Shown here piece after piece: positions 55,415-64,000 of a stretch of DNA of 64,000 nt. The stretch is taken from NCBI GenBank assembly GCA_028819235.1, contig JAPPMC010000191.1, positions 75,957 to 139,956 on the forward strand. Direction: 5' to 3'. Below the pieces are notes generated by a model, which made no database searches, was not told the DNA's origin, and saw nothing but the letters and a program-made list of their open reading frames with translations. The translations under genes and the position numbers were made by a program. Numbering within the stretch: the first letter of the stretch is position 1; every line of letters begins with the position of its first letter. The stretch comes from Bryobacterales bacterium. GTDB taxonomy: Bacteria > Acidobacteriota > Terriglobia > Bryobacterales > UBA6623.

Positions 55415-56059
55415 ATGGTACGTAAAGCTGCCGACATGCACACTTTAGTACGCGTCCTCCTGCTGACGGCCGTGCTGGCCGTACCCGCGCTGCCCCAATC
55501 GGCCGAGCTAGGGATTTCCGTGGGCTACGGCACCTTGGGCGACAACGTACTCAGCGCTTCAAGTGATCAGGCGGGAACCTCCAGCGAGGCCTACTCGCTC
55601 TCGAACGGGGTGCGCGTTGGTGGTCGCATGGTGTTCAACAGTAGGGCCTTCCTGTCCCACGAGATCTCTTATGCCTACCAGCACGCTCGCCTCGAAGTCC
55701 AGCAAGAAGCGCCGGGAGAGTCTTTGACGGCCGACCTAGGGGCCGTGCGGGCGCACAACATGTTCTACAACCTGCAGCTGCACGCGCTCCCGAGCGGCTC
55801 CCTCATCCGTCCATTCGTGACAGGTGGGGGCGGTTTCACGTCCTTCTTCCTGCCGGGGATACCCTCCTTCTCGGGATACGGGGACACGAAGTTCGGGTAC
55901 AACTACGGCGCCGGCATCAAGCTCAACTTCTACACCTACGGTATCCGGGTTGACTTCCGCAACCACACCACAGGGAAGCCCTTCGGCCGGTACATACCCG
56001 GCATTGAGGGCATGCTGAACAACACCGAGATTTCAGTCACATATTCGCTGCTGCTCTGA
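55415..56059 (+). CDS. outer-membrane beta-barrel (porin-family) protein
   Basis: Signal peptide VRVLLLTAVLAVPALPQSA. Alternating-hydrophobicity strands with aromatic girdles (GYNYGAGIKLNFYTYGIRVDF). ATG 55415 or 55436. Confidence 0.6.
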   Translation: MVRKAADMHTLVRVLLLTAVLAVPALPQSAELGISVGYGTLGDNVLSASSDQAGTSSEAYSLSNGVRVGGRMVFNSRAFLSHEISYAYQHARLEVQQEAPGESLTADLGAVRAHNMFYNLQLHALPSGSLIRPFVTGGGGFTSFFLPGIPSFSGYGDTKFGYNYGAGIKLNFYTYGIRVDFRNHTTGKPFGRYIPGIEGMLNNTEISVTYSLLL

Positions 56060-56121
56060 TCCTCAGCGCCGTCCCGGCGGCTGTCCAGTCGCCGGCCAGC
56101 CGCCGGGCTCCGCCGGTGTGC

Positions 56122-56463
56122 TCAGAAGCTGGCGACCGCCTCGGCCTCGTCAGTGTGGGACTCGAAGACGGTGTAGAGCTTTGTGATCTGCAAGAGATCC
56201 TGTACCTTGGCCTGAACGTTCAGCAGCTTGACGACACAGCCGCTGCGCTGGGCCGTGCTGTAGGCCGAAACCAGCTCGCCCAGCCCGGAACTGTCAATGT
56301 AGCTCACACCCCCAAGATTGATGATCACCTTGGTGGCGCCGCCCTCAAGCAGCCCTCGAATGGTGCTGCGCACCTTGCCGGTCTCTTCGCCCAGCACGAT
56401 TCGGCCCGCCATGTCGACGATGCTGACACCGTTCACTTGGCGAACCTCTGTGGATAGACTCAT
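56122..56463 (-). CDS. STAS-domain anti-sigma-factor antagonist (RsbV/SpoIIAA-like)
   Basis: VSIVDMAGRIVLGE ... VIINLGGVSYIDSSGLGELV (phosphorylatable Ser context). Confidence 0.88.
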   Translation of the reverse strand: MSLSTEVRQVNGVSIVDMAGRIVLGEETGKVRSTIRGLLEGGATKVIINLGGVSYIDSSGLGELVSAYSTAQRSGCVVKLLNVQAKVQDLLQITKLYTVFESHTDEAEAVASF

Positions 56464-56487
56464 CGAATTACCTCCTTGATTGGATGT

Positions 56488-56916
56488 TCACGCGCCCTGC
56501 GCGCAGTACTTGACCAAACGAACTCTCGTGCCCGAGCCCGAACCCGGGCCAACCTCGACCTCGTCGAAAAATGCCCTCACGATCAGCAGCCCGCGACCTG
56601 ACCCACGCATCAACTGCTCGCCCGCAAGCGGATCTGCCACTTGCGACTCGTCAAACCCCTCTCCTTGGTCAGTCACGATCACCTGCATGCAGTTCTCGTC
56701 GATCGAGGCGTCGAACGAGACGGTCTTCGGGGAACCCAACTGATTGCCGTGGCAGATCGCATTGACCATTGTCTCGCGCACACCCATCCCGATCTGATAG
56801 ACCTGATCCTCGTCGAAGCCGCTGATCTGTGCCATGCGCTCGACGATCAACTCGGCCGCATCAATGCTGGCTAGCGTACTCTCGAAGTTGAGCCGCAACT
56901 TCCGGCAGTCCGTCAT
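56488..56916 (-). CDS. anti-sigma regulatory Ser/Thr kinase (RsbW/SpoIIAB-like HATPase_c)
   Basis: N-box VRETMVNAICHGN. G-box DQGEGF ... GSGRGLLIV. About 142 aa. Confidence 0.85.
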   Translation of the reverse strand: MTDCRKLRLNFESTLASIDAAELIVERMAQISGFDEDQVYQIGMGVRETMVNAICHGNQLGSPKTVSFDASIDENCMQVIVTDQGEGFDESQVADPLAGEQLMRGSGRGLLIVRAFFDEVEVGPGSGSGTRVRLVKYCAQGA

Positions 56917-57051
56917 CCAGCTCTTACGGGTTGTGGTCGGCGACAGGTCCGACTCAAGCTGCGAACTCGCATTAGTCGCACACCTGAGGCTCGGATGTCA
57001 ACCCGAGTCCCCAGTGCTAGCATTGGTGACCAAGAACGGAGGGACTTGAGG

Positions 57052-58089
57052 ATGCCGCGTGTCAATGGTATTTTACTGTCCGCAGGCCTGCTGATCTGGG
57101 CCTGCGCGGGGGAGGAGCCCGCGTCGGAGCCCGAACCGGGATCCGGAAGTGTCCACAGTGTCAGCCCGGCACTCGACGCGATTGTTCCGGAGAGTGCCCA
57201 GATCGAGAAGCTGGCCGGCGGCATGGGCTTCACCGAAGGCCCGGTGTGGATCAAGGGCGATGCCCCGCACCTGCTGTTCAGCGACATACCGGCGAATGCC
57301 ATCTACCGCTGGGCGGAGGGCGATAGCGAGGCTTCGGTCTTCTACGAGGATATGTACCGTGGCGACCCCAGAGAAGTCCCGGCCGGGTCAAATGGCCTGA
57401 TCCTTGACTCCGAGGGACACCTGCTGGCCTGCGAACACGGCAACCGGCGCATCTCTCGTCTGGAGGACGGTGAATGGGTCACGGTGGTCGACAACTACGA
57501 GGGCAGCCGACTGAACAGCCCCAACGACGCGGCTTGGCACCCCAACGGGTGGCTCTACTTCACGGATCCGCCGTACGGCCTTCCCATGCAGGACGAGTCG
57601 GCCGAGAAGGAGTTGGACTTCAACGGGATATACCGGCTGAACTACGAGACCGGCGAATTGCAGCTCCTGAACCGGGAGCAGACCAGGCCCAATGGCATCG
57701 GGTTTTCCCCCGACGGCAAGACGGCATACGTCGCAAACTCCGATCCTGCGCGAAAGGTGTGGATGGCGTACGACGTCACCGACGAAGGACTGTTCGACAA
57801 CGCGCGCGTGTTCTACGACGTGACGGCCGAGCAGGCCCCTGGCCTCCCGGACGGCCTGAAGCTCGACACGAACGGCAACCTCTACTGCACGGGGCCCGGC
57901 GGGGTCTGGATATTCTCTGCCGCAGGCGAGCACTTGGGCACCATCCAGCCAGCGGAGGTGCCAGCGAACGTTACATGGGGCGATGACGGCAGCACGCTGT
58001 ACATGACTGCACGCACGGGACTCTACCGGATCCGGCTATCGGCGCGCGGACCCATGCCCGCTGACATGGTTTCGGCCGAGTCAGACTGA
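57052..58089 (+). CDS. SMP-30/gluconolactonase/LRE-family lipoprotein
   Basis: GGAGGG 7 nt before the ATG. Lipobox-like GLLIWAC. FTEGPVWIKGDAPHLLFSDIPANAIYRW, NSPNDAAWHPNGWLYFTDP, PNGIGFSPDG, PDGLKLDTNGNLY. Confidence 0.85.
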   Translation: MPRVNGILLSAGLLIWACAGEEPASEPEPGSGSVHSVSPALDAIVPESAQIEKLAGGMGFTEGPVWIKGDAPHLLFSDIPANAIYRWAEGDSEASVFYEDMYRGDPREVPAGSNGLILDSEGHLLACEHGNRRISRLEDGEWVTVVDNYEGSRLNSPNDAAWHPNGWLYFTDPPYGLPMQDESAEKELDFNGIYRLNYETGELQLLNREQTRPNGIGFSPDGKTAYVANSDPARKVWMAYDVTDEGLFDNARVFYDVTAEQAPGLPDGLKLDTNGNLYCTGPGGVWIFSAAGEHLGTIQPAEVPANVTWGDDGSTLYMTARTGLYRIRLSARGPMPADMVSAESD

Positions 58090-58176
58090 CGGGCCTGCGC
58101 AGGTCGGGCGAGGGCACCGCGGGCGGGGCACGTCCCGTCTCGGCCGGAGGCTCACCCTTTGATACGGTGAACCTCG

Positions 58177-60735
58177 ATGAGACCACCGCGCAAGGCCTAT
58201 CCTTGGCTTCCGGCATGCCTGCTGGCGCTATCCGCATGCGGCTCGCCGACAGCGTTCGAGAGCCGCTTCGAAGCTGCGGCCGACCGGCCATGGATCGGCG
58301 CTGACTACTGGGCGAACCCGCTTCAGGACTGGAGGCTCAAGGACGGTCGCATCGAGAATTTTCGCCCCGGTGGCGACCGCAACGTGTTCCTGCTTACCCG
58401 GGAGGTTGGGCCCGGAGCGGGTGAGTTGGAAATGAGCGTCCGGATGGGCCGTTTGGAAGGGGACGAGACCCCCTTGGAGGAGGGTTGGGCCGGGTTCCGG
58501 GTCGGGATCCGCGGCTCGTTCAACGACTACCGGGACAGCGCAGTGCGGGGTGTCGGACTGCACTGCGGCGTGACCGCCGATGGGAGGCTTTTCATTGGGA
58601 CACCGGACTCGGTGGCGCCTGTAATCAGCGACGCTATCGGCTCCGGGGCGACGCTCTCATTGCGGGCCGAACCGAGCGACGTCGGCGGCGCTTTGCTGAC
58701 GCTGAGCCTCGAGAAGGAGGGAACGACCGAGTCGGTCTCTGAAGAGGTCGACAGCGGCTGGCTGACAGGTGGCCTTGCGCTGGTCTCCAGCTCTGGGCCA
58801 GTTCCAGAGTCGCCCCCGAACGACCGCCAGATTCGGGAGACGGGATGGGCCCTTAAGAGCGGCACTCGGGCCGGAGGGACTCTACGGATCTGGTTCGACG
58901 AGTGGCGGGTGTCCGGGAGCCGGGTCACGGCGTACCCGAATCGGGCCCTCGGGCCGGTCATCTTCGCCATGCACACACTCAGCAAGGGAGTGCTCAAGCT
59001 GAACGCCATCTTGGCGCCAGTAGACGCAGAGGGCGCCGAGGCCGACCTAGAGGTCTACGACGGGGCTTGGAAGCGCATCGCACGCGTTCCTCCAGATCCC
59101 GAGGCTCGCACCGCCACGTTCCGGATCCCTGAGTGGGACGGGACAAAGGACACTCGATACCGCGTTGCCTACATGGGAGGCACTTGGGAGGGCACGGTCC
59201 GACGCGATCCGGTCGACAAGGACGAGATCGTCGTGGCAGCCTTCACCGGGAACAACGATCTAGGCTTTCCGCATGCCGACATCGTGCGAAATATCCGGCA
59301 CCACGCGCCCGACCTGATGGCCTTCACGGGCGACAACGTCTATGAGCGCGTTGGGGAGTACGGCATTGTGCGCGAGCCGACCGACATCGCAATCCTGGAC
59401 TATCTGCGCAAGTGGTACATCTTCGGCTGGGAGTACGGCGAACTGCTGCGGGAGATCCCCACAGTGGCCCTACCCGATGACCACGACGTCTACCAAGGGA
59501 ACATTTGGGGAGCCGGAGGCCGCAAGGCCCACGGATACGGCAAGCCGGGCCAGGACCAAGGTGGATATGTCATGGATCCGCGATTCGTGCATGTCGTTCA
59601 GACGACCCAGACCGCGAACATGCCCGACCCTTACGACCCGACACCGATCGATCAGGGTATCGCCGTCTATTACACCGACCTGCTGTACGGCGGAGTAAGC
59701 TTCGCGATCATCGAAGACCGCAAGTGGAAGGACTCCGCAACGGCGCTGATCGGTCCGGGCATCATTAACGGCTGGGCGCAGGATCCGAAGTACGATGCCC
59801 GCAAGAGTTCCGACAGTCCGGACTTCCCGCTGTTGGGCGAGCGTCAGGAGACGTTCCTCGAAGCTTGGGCCCAAGACTGGGACGGGGCGTGGATGAAGGC
59901 TGCAATCTCGCAGACGATCTTCGCGAATGTCTGTACGCTGCCTGCCGGCGCAACGACGGATGCCATCACAGGGCAGCTGCGGGTGAACGCACCCGGGGAG
60001 TACCCGGACGGGGAAGAGCCCGTCCAGGACCACGACTCCAACGGCTGGCCCCAATCGGGCCGCAACCGCGCATTGCGGCTGCTCCGCAAGGCCTCTGCCG
60101 TGCACATCGCCGGGGACCAGCACCTTGGCAGCACGGTGCAGTACGGGATTGAGGACTGGAACGACGCCAGTTGGGCGATCTGCGTGCCGTCAGTGGCGAA
60201 CATCTTCCCAAGGCGCTGGTTTCCGACAGAAGCGGGGCGGAACCGGAAGCCGGGAGCGCCGGGCAACACGGGGGAGTACCTAGACGGTTTCGGGAACAAG
60301 GTGACCATCCACGCAGTGTCCAATCCCGCGACAAACGGCATTGAGCCGACCGCCCTCAACCACCGCGCCCCTGGGTACGGGATCATTAGGTTCCGCCGCC
60401 ACGATAGGTCGATCGAGTTCGCGAACTGGCCGCGGTGGGTCGATGCCTCCGAGCCCGGCGCCACACCGTACGCCGGATGGCCAATCCGTGTCGCGCAGGC
60501 AGACAGCGGCCTGCCGAAGGGCTTCTCGCTGCCGGCGGTCGACGCACAGGGCAAGGTCGATCCTGTGGTCCAAGTCGTGAACGAGGCCGACGGAGAGATC
60601 GTCTACACGTACCGCATCCAAGGGAGCGACTTCACGCCGAGCGTCCGCAAGCCGGGACGGTACACAGTGCGGGTGTTCGACCCGGAGACGGGAGAGCCGT
60701 CAGAGACTACTGGCCTCTCAGCCGTAGCGGACTAG
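58177..60735 (+). CDS. lipoprotein with N-terminal jelly-roll-like domain and PhoD-like metallophosphatase domain
   Basis: Lipobox LLALSAC. Metallophosphatase motifs AFTGDNVYE, LPDDHDVYQGN, HIAGDQHLG. The N-terminal ~330 aa is not assigned. Confidence 0.7.
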   Translation: MRPPRKAYPWLPACLLALSACGSPTAFESRFEAAADRPWIGADYWANPLQDWRLKDGRIENFRPGGDRNVFLLTREVGPGAGELEMSVRMGRLEGDETPLEEGWAGFRVGIRGSFNDYRDSAVRGVGLHCGVTADGRLFIGTPDSVAPVISDAIGSGATLSLRAEPSDVGGALLTLSLEKEGTTESVSEEVDSGWLTGGLALVSSSGPVPESPPNDRQIRETGWALKSGTRAGGTLRIWFDEWRVSGSRVTAYPNRALGPVIFAMHTLSKGVLKLNAILAPVDAEGAEADLEVYDGAWKRIARVPPDPEARTATFRIPEWDGTKDTRYRVAYMGGTWEGTVRRDPVDKDEIVVAAFTGNNDLGFPHADIVRNIRHHAPDLMAFTGDNVYERVGEYGIVREPTDIAILDYLRKWYIFGWEYGELLREIPTVALPDDHDVYQGNIWGAGGRKAHGYGKPGQDQGGYVMDPRFVHVVQTTQTANMPDPYDPTPIDQGIAVYYTDLLYGGVSFAIIEDRKWKDSATALIGPGIINGWAQDPKYDARKSSDSPDFPLLGERQETFLEAWAQDWDGAWMKAAISQTIFANVCTLPAGATTDAITGQLRVNAPGEYPDGEEPVQDHDSNGWPQSGRNRALRLLRKASAVHIAGDQHLGSTVQYGIEDWNDASWAICVPSVANIFPRRWFPTEAGRNRKPGAPGNTGEYLDGFGNKVTIHAVSNPATNGIEPTALNHRAPGYGIIRFRRHDRSIEFANWPRWVDASEPGATPYAGWPIRVAQADSGLPKGFSLPAVDAQGKVDPVVQVVNEADGEIVYTYRIQGSDFTPSVRKPGRYTVRVFDPETGEPSETTGLSAVAD

Positions 60736-60751
60736 GCCGACTGGAGTCGGG

Positions 60752-61501
60752 CTACCCTGCGCGGCGGGAACGGACTCTGGTCCGAAGCGCCTGCAACCTG
60801 CGACCCAACTCCTTGCGGGCGGCGCTGAATCCGCTGACGCTTACGTCGCCGGCGTTGCAGTAGTCGATCACTACCGCCTCCGCTGCGCAGAACTCCTCGC
60901 AAACGTCGGCCACTTCAGATGCGATCTCGCTCGGAATGTTCGTGACGCCGTTCTGGTCGGCGTGCAGCAGGTCACCAGGGTAGACAGCCAGGCCGCCTAC
61001 GTGCACCGGTATCTGGAACTCCAGGAATTGAGGGTACCCATGAGAGCTGACGACACCGTCGGAGAAGCATGGAAGGCCGACATCCCGGACTTGATCGAGA
61101 TCGCGGCCCGCCCCGCTCGTGATCAGACCCACAGCCCCGAACGCCTTGTAGGCCGAGGCCATCACCTCGCCGAACGTGGCCGACCGGACCGGCGAGTCCA
61201 GATCCTGAATCACCACCAGTGGCGGGGCGGGAATCTCCGAGAATCGCTCAAGCTGGTCGTCAAGCGTGCCGTAGGCGGCGGCGCCCCAAGGCCGCATGGC
61301 CGACCGGAACGTAGCCGTGGAGGCGTAGCCGCAGATCGGCCCCATTTCGGGGAAGCATGCGCGGATGCGAGCGTCCATATACCCGCTAGCCTGTGAGCGG
61401 ACGGCGAAGAGCTCAATGACGTTGCAGACGGTCGGAGTGTCGAAGCTGCGCAGCTTGCGCAAGACGTCGGGTGATAGCTGTAGTGCGGCCATGCCGCCCA
61501 T
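60752..61501 (-). CDS. RraA-family protein (RraA / HMG-CHA aldolase-like)
   Basis: FDTPTVCNVIE and SATFGEVMASAYKAFGAVGLITSGAGRD. Confidence 0.85.
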   Translation of the reverse strand: MGGMAALQLSPDVLRKLRSFDTPTVCNVIELFAVRSQASGYMDARIRACFPEMGPICGYASTATFRSAMRPWGAAAYGTLDDQLERFSEIPAPPLVVIQDLDSPVRSATFGEVMASAYKAFGAVGLITSGAGRDLDQVRDVGLPCFSDGVVSSHGYPQFLEFQIPVHVGGLAVYPGDLLHADQNGVTNIPSEIASEVADVCEEFCAAEAVVIDYCNAGDVSVSGFSAARKELGRRLQALRTRVRSRRAG

Positions 61502-61566
61502 GGTATTTCATCCGGGTGGGCACGGCCGTGCCCGTCTCCGCGGTGCGTACGGACTACAATCGGCGC

Positions 61567-64000
61567 GTGCCTTCCCCGACGCGCATCACCGCCACCGTTT
61601 CCCTGCTGATCATGACATGGTTGTGTGCCGACGGGATACATTGGCGGCCCGGCCCCAAGTCGGTCGCCGGTGATTCTCTCCCTTGGGGCGCAACCGAGCC
61701 CAGCTGGTCTCCCGACGGCGAGGCCATCGCGTTTTCCCTGTTCGGGAGCATCTGGACAGTGCCGGCGGAGGGTGGACCGGCCATTCGGGTGACCTCGTCG
61801 GAGGGATTCCACGATCACCCCTCGTGGTCTCCGGACGGATCCTCGATAGCATTCATAAAGGGCCGGAATCCTCGGGGGCCCTTCGCCAAGATTCAAGGCT
61901 CGCTCGCAATCGTGGATGTCGCTACCGGTTCGGAACGGACCATCGCGCTTCCAGGCCCCACAGGAGGGACCCCTGACTGGTCGTCCGATGGGCGCCTCGT
62001 CTACTGCCCGGTCGTGCTCCCCGGTACAGGCGCTCTGCTGCACTCGGTCGACCCGTCGCAGCCGGAGGCCGAGGCGACCGCACTGCACACGAGGCCGCAG
62101 CGCGGTCCCGCCGGGCCGTGGATCGAGGTCTCGGCAAGCCCCGATTCCATCCTGTTCGCAGGCCAGCGCGCCGGCACACCACAGGTGTGGGCCCTTCCTG
62201 CCCAGCGCTCCGGCTTCACGATCCAGACCCCCCTCACCCGCTACCTCCCGGAGCACATCGTCAACCTGGGGGGAGTCGGCGCCATGGAGAGCGGCGGAGC
62301 CATCTACGCGGCCGACGTGATCAACGGACCCGGCAATTACGAGCTCTACCGGGTGTCGCCAGATGGCGGTGAGCCTACCGCGCTCACCAGCACACCACGC
62401 CATGAACTGGCGCCGGACGTGTCACCTGACGGCTCTCAGATCGCCTTCGCATCGAACGTTCTCGGCAATATCGACTTGTTCACCGTGCCGTCCGGCGGTG
62501 GGGATGCCCGGCATGTGGTGATCGATGGACTCAATTTCCGCAACGGTTCTGGCGGGGTGCGCGTGAAGGTTGTGGACGAGCTCGGAAGGCCGACTGCGGC
62601 TCGACTCTATGTCGAGGCGTCTGACGGCAAGGGGTATGCTCCCCGTGGCGAGCCGATCTTCTACTACCCCCTCAATCCAATCGATAACCCCCGCCGGCGA
62701 GACGCGTTCTTCGTCGTGATGGGCGAAGCGGAGTTCGAGGTTCCGGCCGGAACCCTCAAGCTGGCCGCCGTCCGAGGGTACGAGTACAGGCTCAGCAGAA
62801 AGAGCGTGGACGTCGAGGCCGGGGGGACCACGGACATCACCGTCCAGCTGGAGCGCTGGACGAACTGGAACCAGAGGGGCTGGTACTCAGGCGAGAACCA
62901 CTTCCACGCCAACTACCTCGGAAGCTACTACCAAAGGCCTCCGCAGTCCCTCGTCTGGCTCAAGGCCATGGATTTGAACGCGGCAAACATGATCGTCGCC
63001 AACGCAGCGGGCGCGTTCGTGCACGACAAGGAGTTCTTCACCGGTGCCGTGAGCAACCTCTCCACAGAGCGGCATTTCCTGTACTGGGGCCAGGAGTACC
63101 GCAACAGCGATCCACTCGGCCACATGGGGTTCCTGAACATCAAGCGCCTTGTCCCGCCGTCCTACACAAGCGTCATCGGCAGCGACTCGCCCTACGACTT
63201 CCCGCTGAACACGATGGCCGCGATCCAAGCCCGAGACCAAGGGGGGCTGGTCACATATATGCACCCGATCGGGGGCGCCACGAGGGACGTCTTCGACACC
63301 AATCTAGGCGCGAAGGAGAGCGTTGTCACGGCCGCTCTGGGAGCACTGGACACGTTGGACCTGCTGCCATACGGCGATGCAGCGTACGAACTGTGGTACA
63401 CCCTACAGAACTGCGGTTTCCGCATCGCCGCCGGAGCGGGCACGGATGCGTTCACGAACTGGCGGGGCATCAACCGGGTTCCCGGCGGCAGCAGGCAGTA
63501 CGTCCACGTCGGCGGCGCTATGAGCTGGCAGCGCTGGATCGACCGCTACCGAGAAGGGCGCTCCTTCGCAACGACCGGGCCTCTGCTGACATTCGACGTC
63601 AATGGCAGCGGGATGGGCGAGGAGATCCGTTTCAATCCCGGTTCGACTTACCGAGCCACACTTCGGGCGGACGTGATGTCCCGCACGCCCATTGATCGGG
63701 TCGAGCTCATCCAGAATGGCCGCGTGATTGAGCGTGCCGATGCCGGTGGAGCAGACCGGTTTCATCTGGAACAGGAAGTGCAGGTCAACGAATCCAGTTG
63801 GTTCGCCGCCCGGGTGTACGGCCCAGGAGCGCCCGGGCTGACGACGCGCGCCCTCGCTCACTCCAGTGCGGTGTTCGTGACATCTGGAGGGAAGCCAGTG
63901 CTGGTCCGCGAGGACCTCGAAATTGCCCTCCGGTGGATCGACCGTCTATGGGGCTACCTTGTCGAACGCGACAACTTCGGGCCGGACGGGAACCGCGAGG
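61567..64000 (+). CDS. TolB-like beta-propeller + CehA/McbA (PHP-type) metallohydrolase, 3'-partial at window end
   Basis: Not in the ORF track because no stop lies within the window. I translated the frame of position 61567 by hand and it is open from 61390 to 64000. Motifs: WSPDGEAIAF, SWSPDGSSIAF, DVSPDGSQIAF, VRVKVVDELGRP, WYSGENHFHANY, YMHP, AGAGTDAF. The GTG 61567 start gives a signal-like ITATVSLLIMTWLCA but is uncertain. Confidence 0.8.
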   Translation, partial: MPSPTRITATVSLLIMTWLCADGIHWRPGPKSVAGDSLPWGATEPSWSPDGEAIAFSLFGSIWTVPAEGGPAIRVTSSEGFHDHPSWSPDGSSIAFIKGRNPRGPFAKIQGSLAIVDVATGSERTIALPGPTGGTPDWSSDGRLVYCPVVLPGTGALLHSVDPSQPEAEATALHTRPQRGPAGPWIEVSASPDSILFAGQRAGTPQVWALPAQRSGFTIQTPLTRYLPEHIVNLGGVGAMESGGAIYAADVINGPGNYELYRVSPDGGEPTALTSTPRHELAPDVSPDGSQIAFASNVLGNIDLFTVPSGGGDARHVVIDGLNFRNGSGGVRVKVVDELGRPTAARLYVEASDGKGYAPRGEPIFYYPLNPIDNPRRRDAFFVVMGEAEFEVPAGTLKLAAVRGYEYRLSRKSVDVEAGGTTDITVQLERWTNWNQRGWYSGENHFHANYLGSYYQRPPQSLVWLKAMDLNAANMIVANAAGAFVHDKEFFTGAVSNLSTERHFLYWGQEYRNSDPLGHMGFLNIKRLVPPSYTSVIGSDSPYDFPLNTMAAIQARDQGGLVTYMHPIGGATRDVFDTNLGAKESVVTAALGALDTLDLLPYGDAAYELWYTLQNCGFRIAAGAGTDAFTNWRGINRVPGGSRQYVHVGGAMSWQRWIDRYREGRSFATTGPLLTFDVNGSGMGEEIRFNPGSTYRATLRADVMSRTPIDRVELIQNGRVIERADAGGADRFHLEQEVQVNESSWFAARVYGPGAPGLTTRALAHSSAVFVTSGGKPVLVREDLEIALRWIDRLWGYLVERDNFGPDGNRE

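Noticed and set aside
61210-62403. 397-aa minus-strand ORF.
   Set aside because: It is antisense to the hand-translated TolB-like/CehA gene, which has repeated WSPDG propeller motifs. The minus-frame product is Arg/Gly/Pro-rich.
1-64000. Looked for CRISPR arrays, tandem repeats, IS elements, integrases, reverse transcriptases, rRNA and tRNA.
   Set aside because: No regularly spaced direct repeats, no transposase- or integrase-like ORFs, and no rRNA or tRNA signatures seen by eye. A computational repeat or tRNA scan could still find short elements I missed.

Overview
GC-rich bacterial chromosomal segment. By eye the gene content fits an Acidobacteriota-like genome: a TIGR03436-type VWFA protein, two DUF1549/DUF1553 + DUF1501 pairs, and a PVC-type heme-binding dehydrogenase. 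This taxonomic call is inference only. I can support about 50 protein-coding genes and one RNA gene. The RNA gene is a type-A RNase P RNA (rnpB, 16555-16914), which the ORF track cannot show. I saw no rRNA, tRNA, CRISPR array, transposase, integrase or reverse transcriptase.

Housekeeping genes recognised from motifs: hemH, a NUDIX hydrolase, pncA, galU, uppS, cdsA, dnaB, msrA, lysA, ispG, tatA, tatC and mobA. Also recognised are an SDR, a GlcD-like FAD oxidase, a class V aminotransferase, a fused TRAP permease and an RsbW/RsbV-like pair.

The accessory content is dominated by exported hydrolases and binding proteins. These include two ~960-aa paralogs with a PHP/DUF3604-like metal site and a third PHP/CehA-type gene. 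That third gene runs off the right edge and is missing from the ORF track. There is also a PhoD-like phosphatase, an arylsulfatase, an SMP-30 lactonase-like lipoprotein, an SGNH hydrolase and a double WD40 propeller.

Observations worth a second look:
1. A 1.26-kb gene-less gap upstream of dnaB with an exact inverted 12-mer, palindromes and a near-consensus promoter.
2. The same DUF1553-DUF1501 + giant PHP-like hydrolase neighbourhood occurring twice.
3. An AbiEii-type nucleotidyltransferase with no upstream AbiEi but a translationally coupled downstream unknown ORF.
4. Two apparent pseudo-enzymes: a DeoC-like protein without its lysines and a cytidylyltransferase-like protein without HxGH.
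5. Matching Asp/Tyr-rich extensions on TatA and TatC.

None of these is demonstrably a new system from sequence alone. All family calls come from remembered motifs, not from searches. Many start codons are uncertain. Long antisense ORFs typical of high-GC DNA were discarded.
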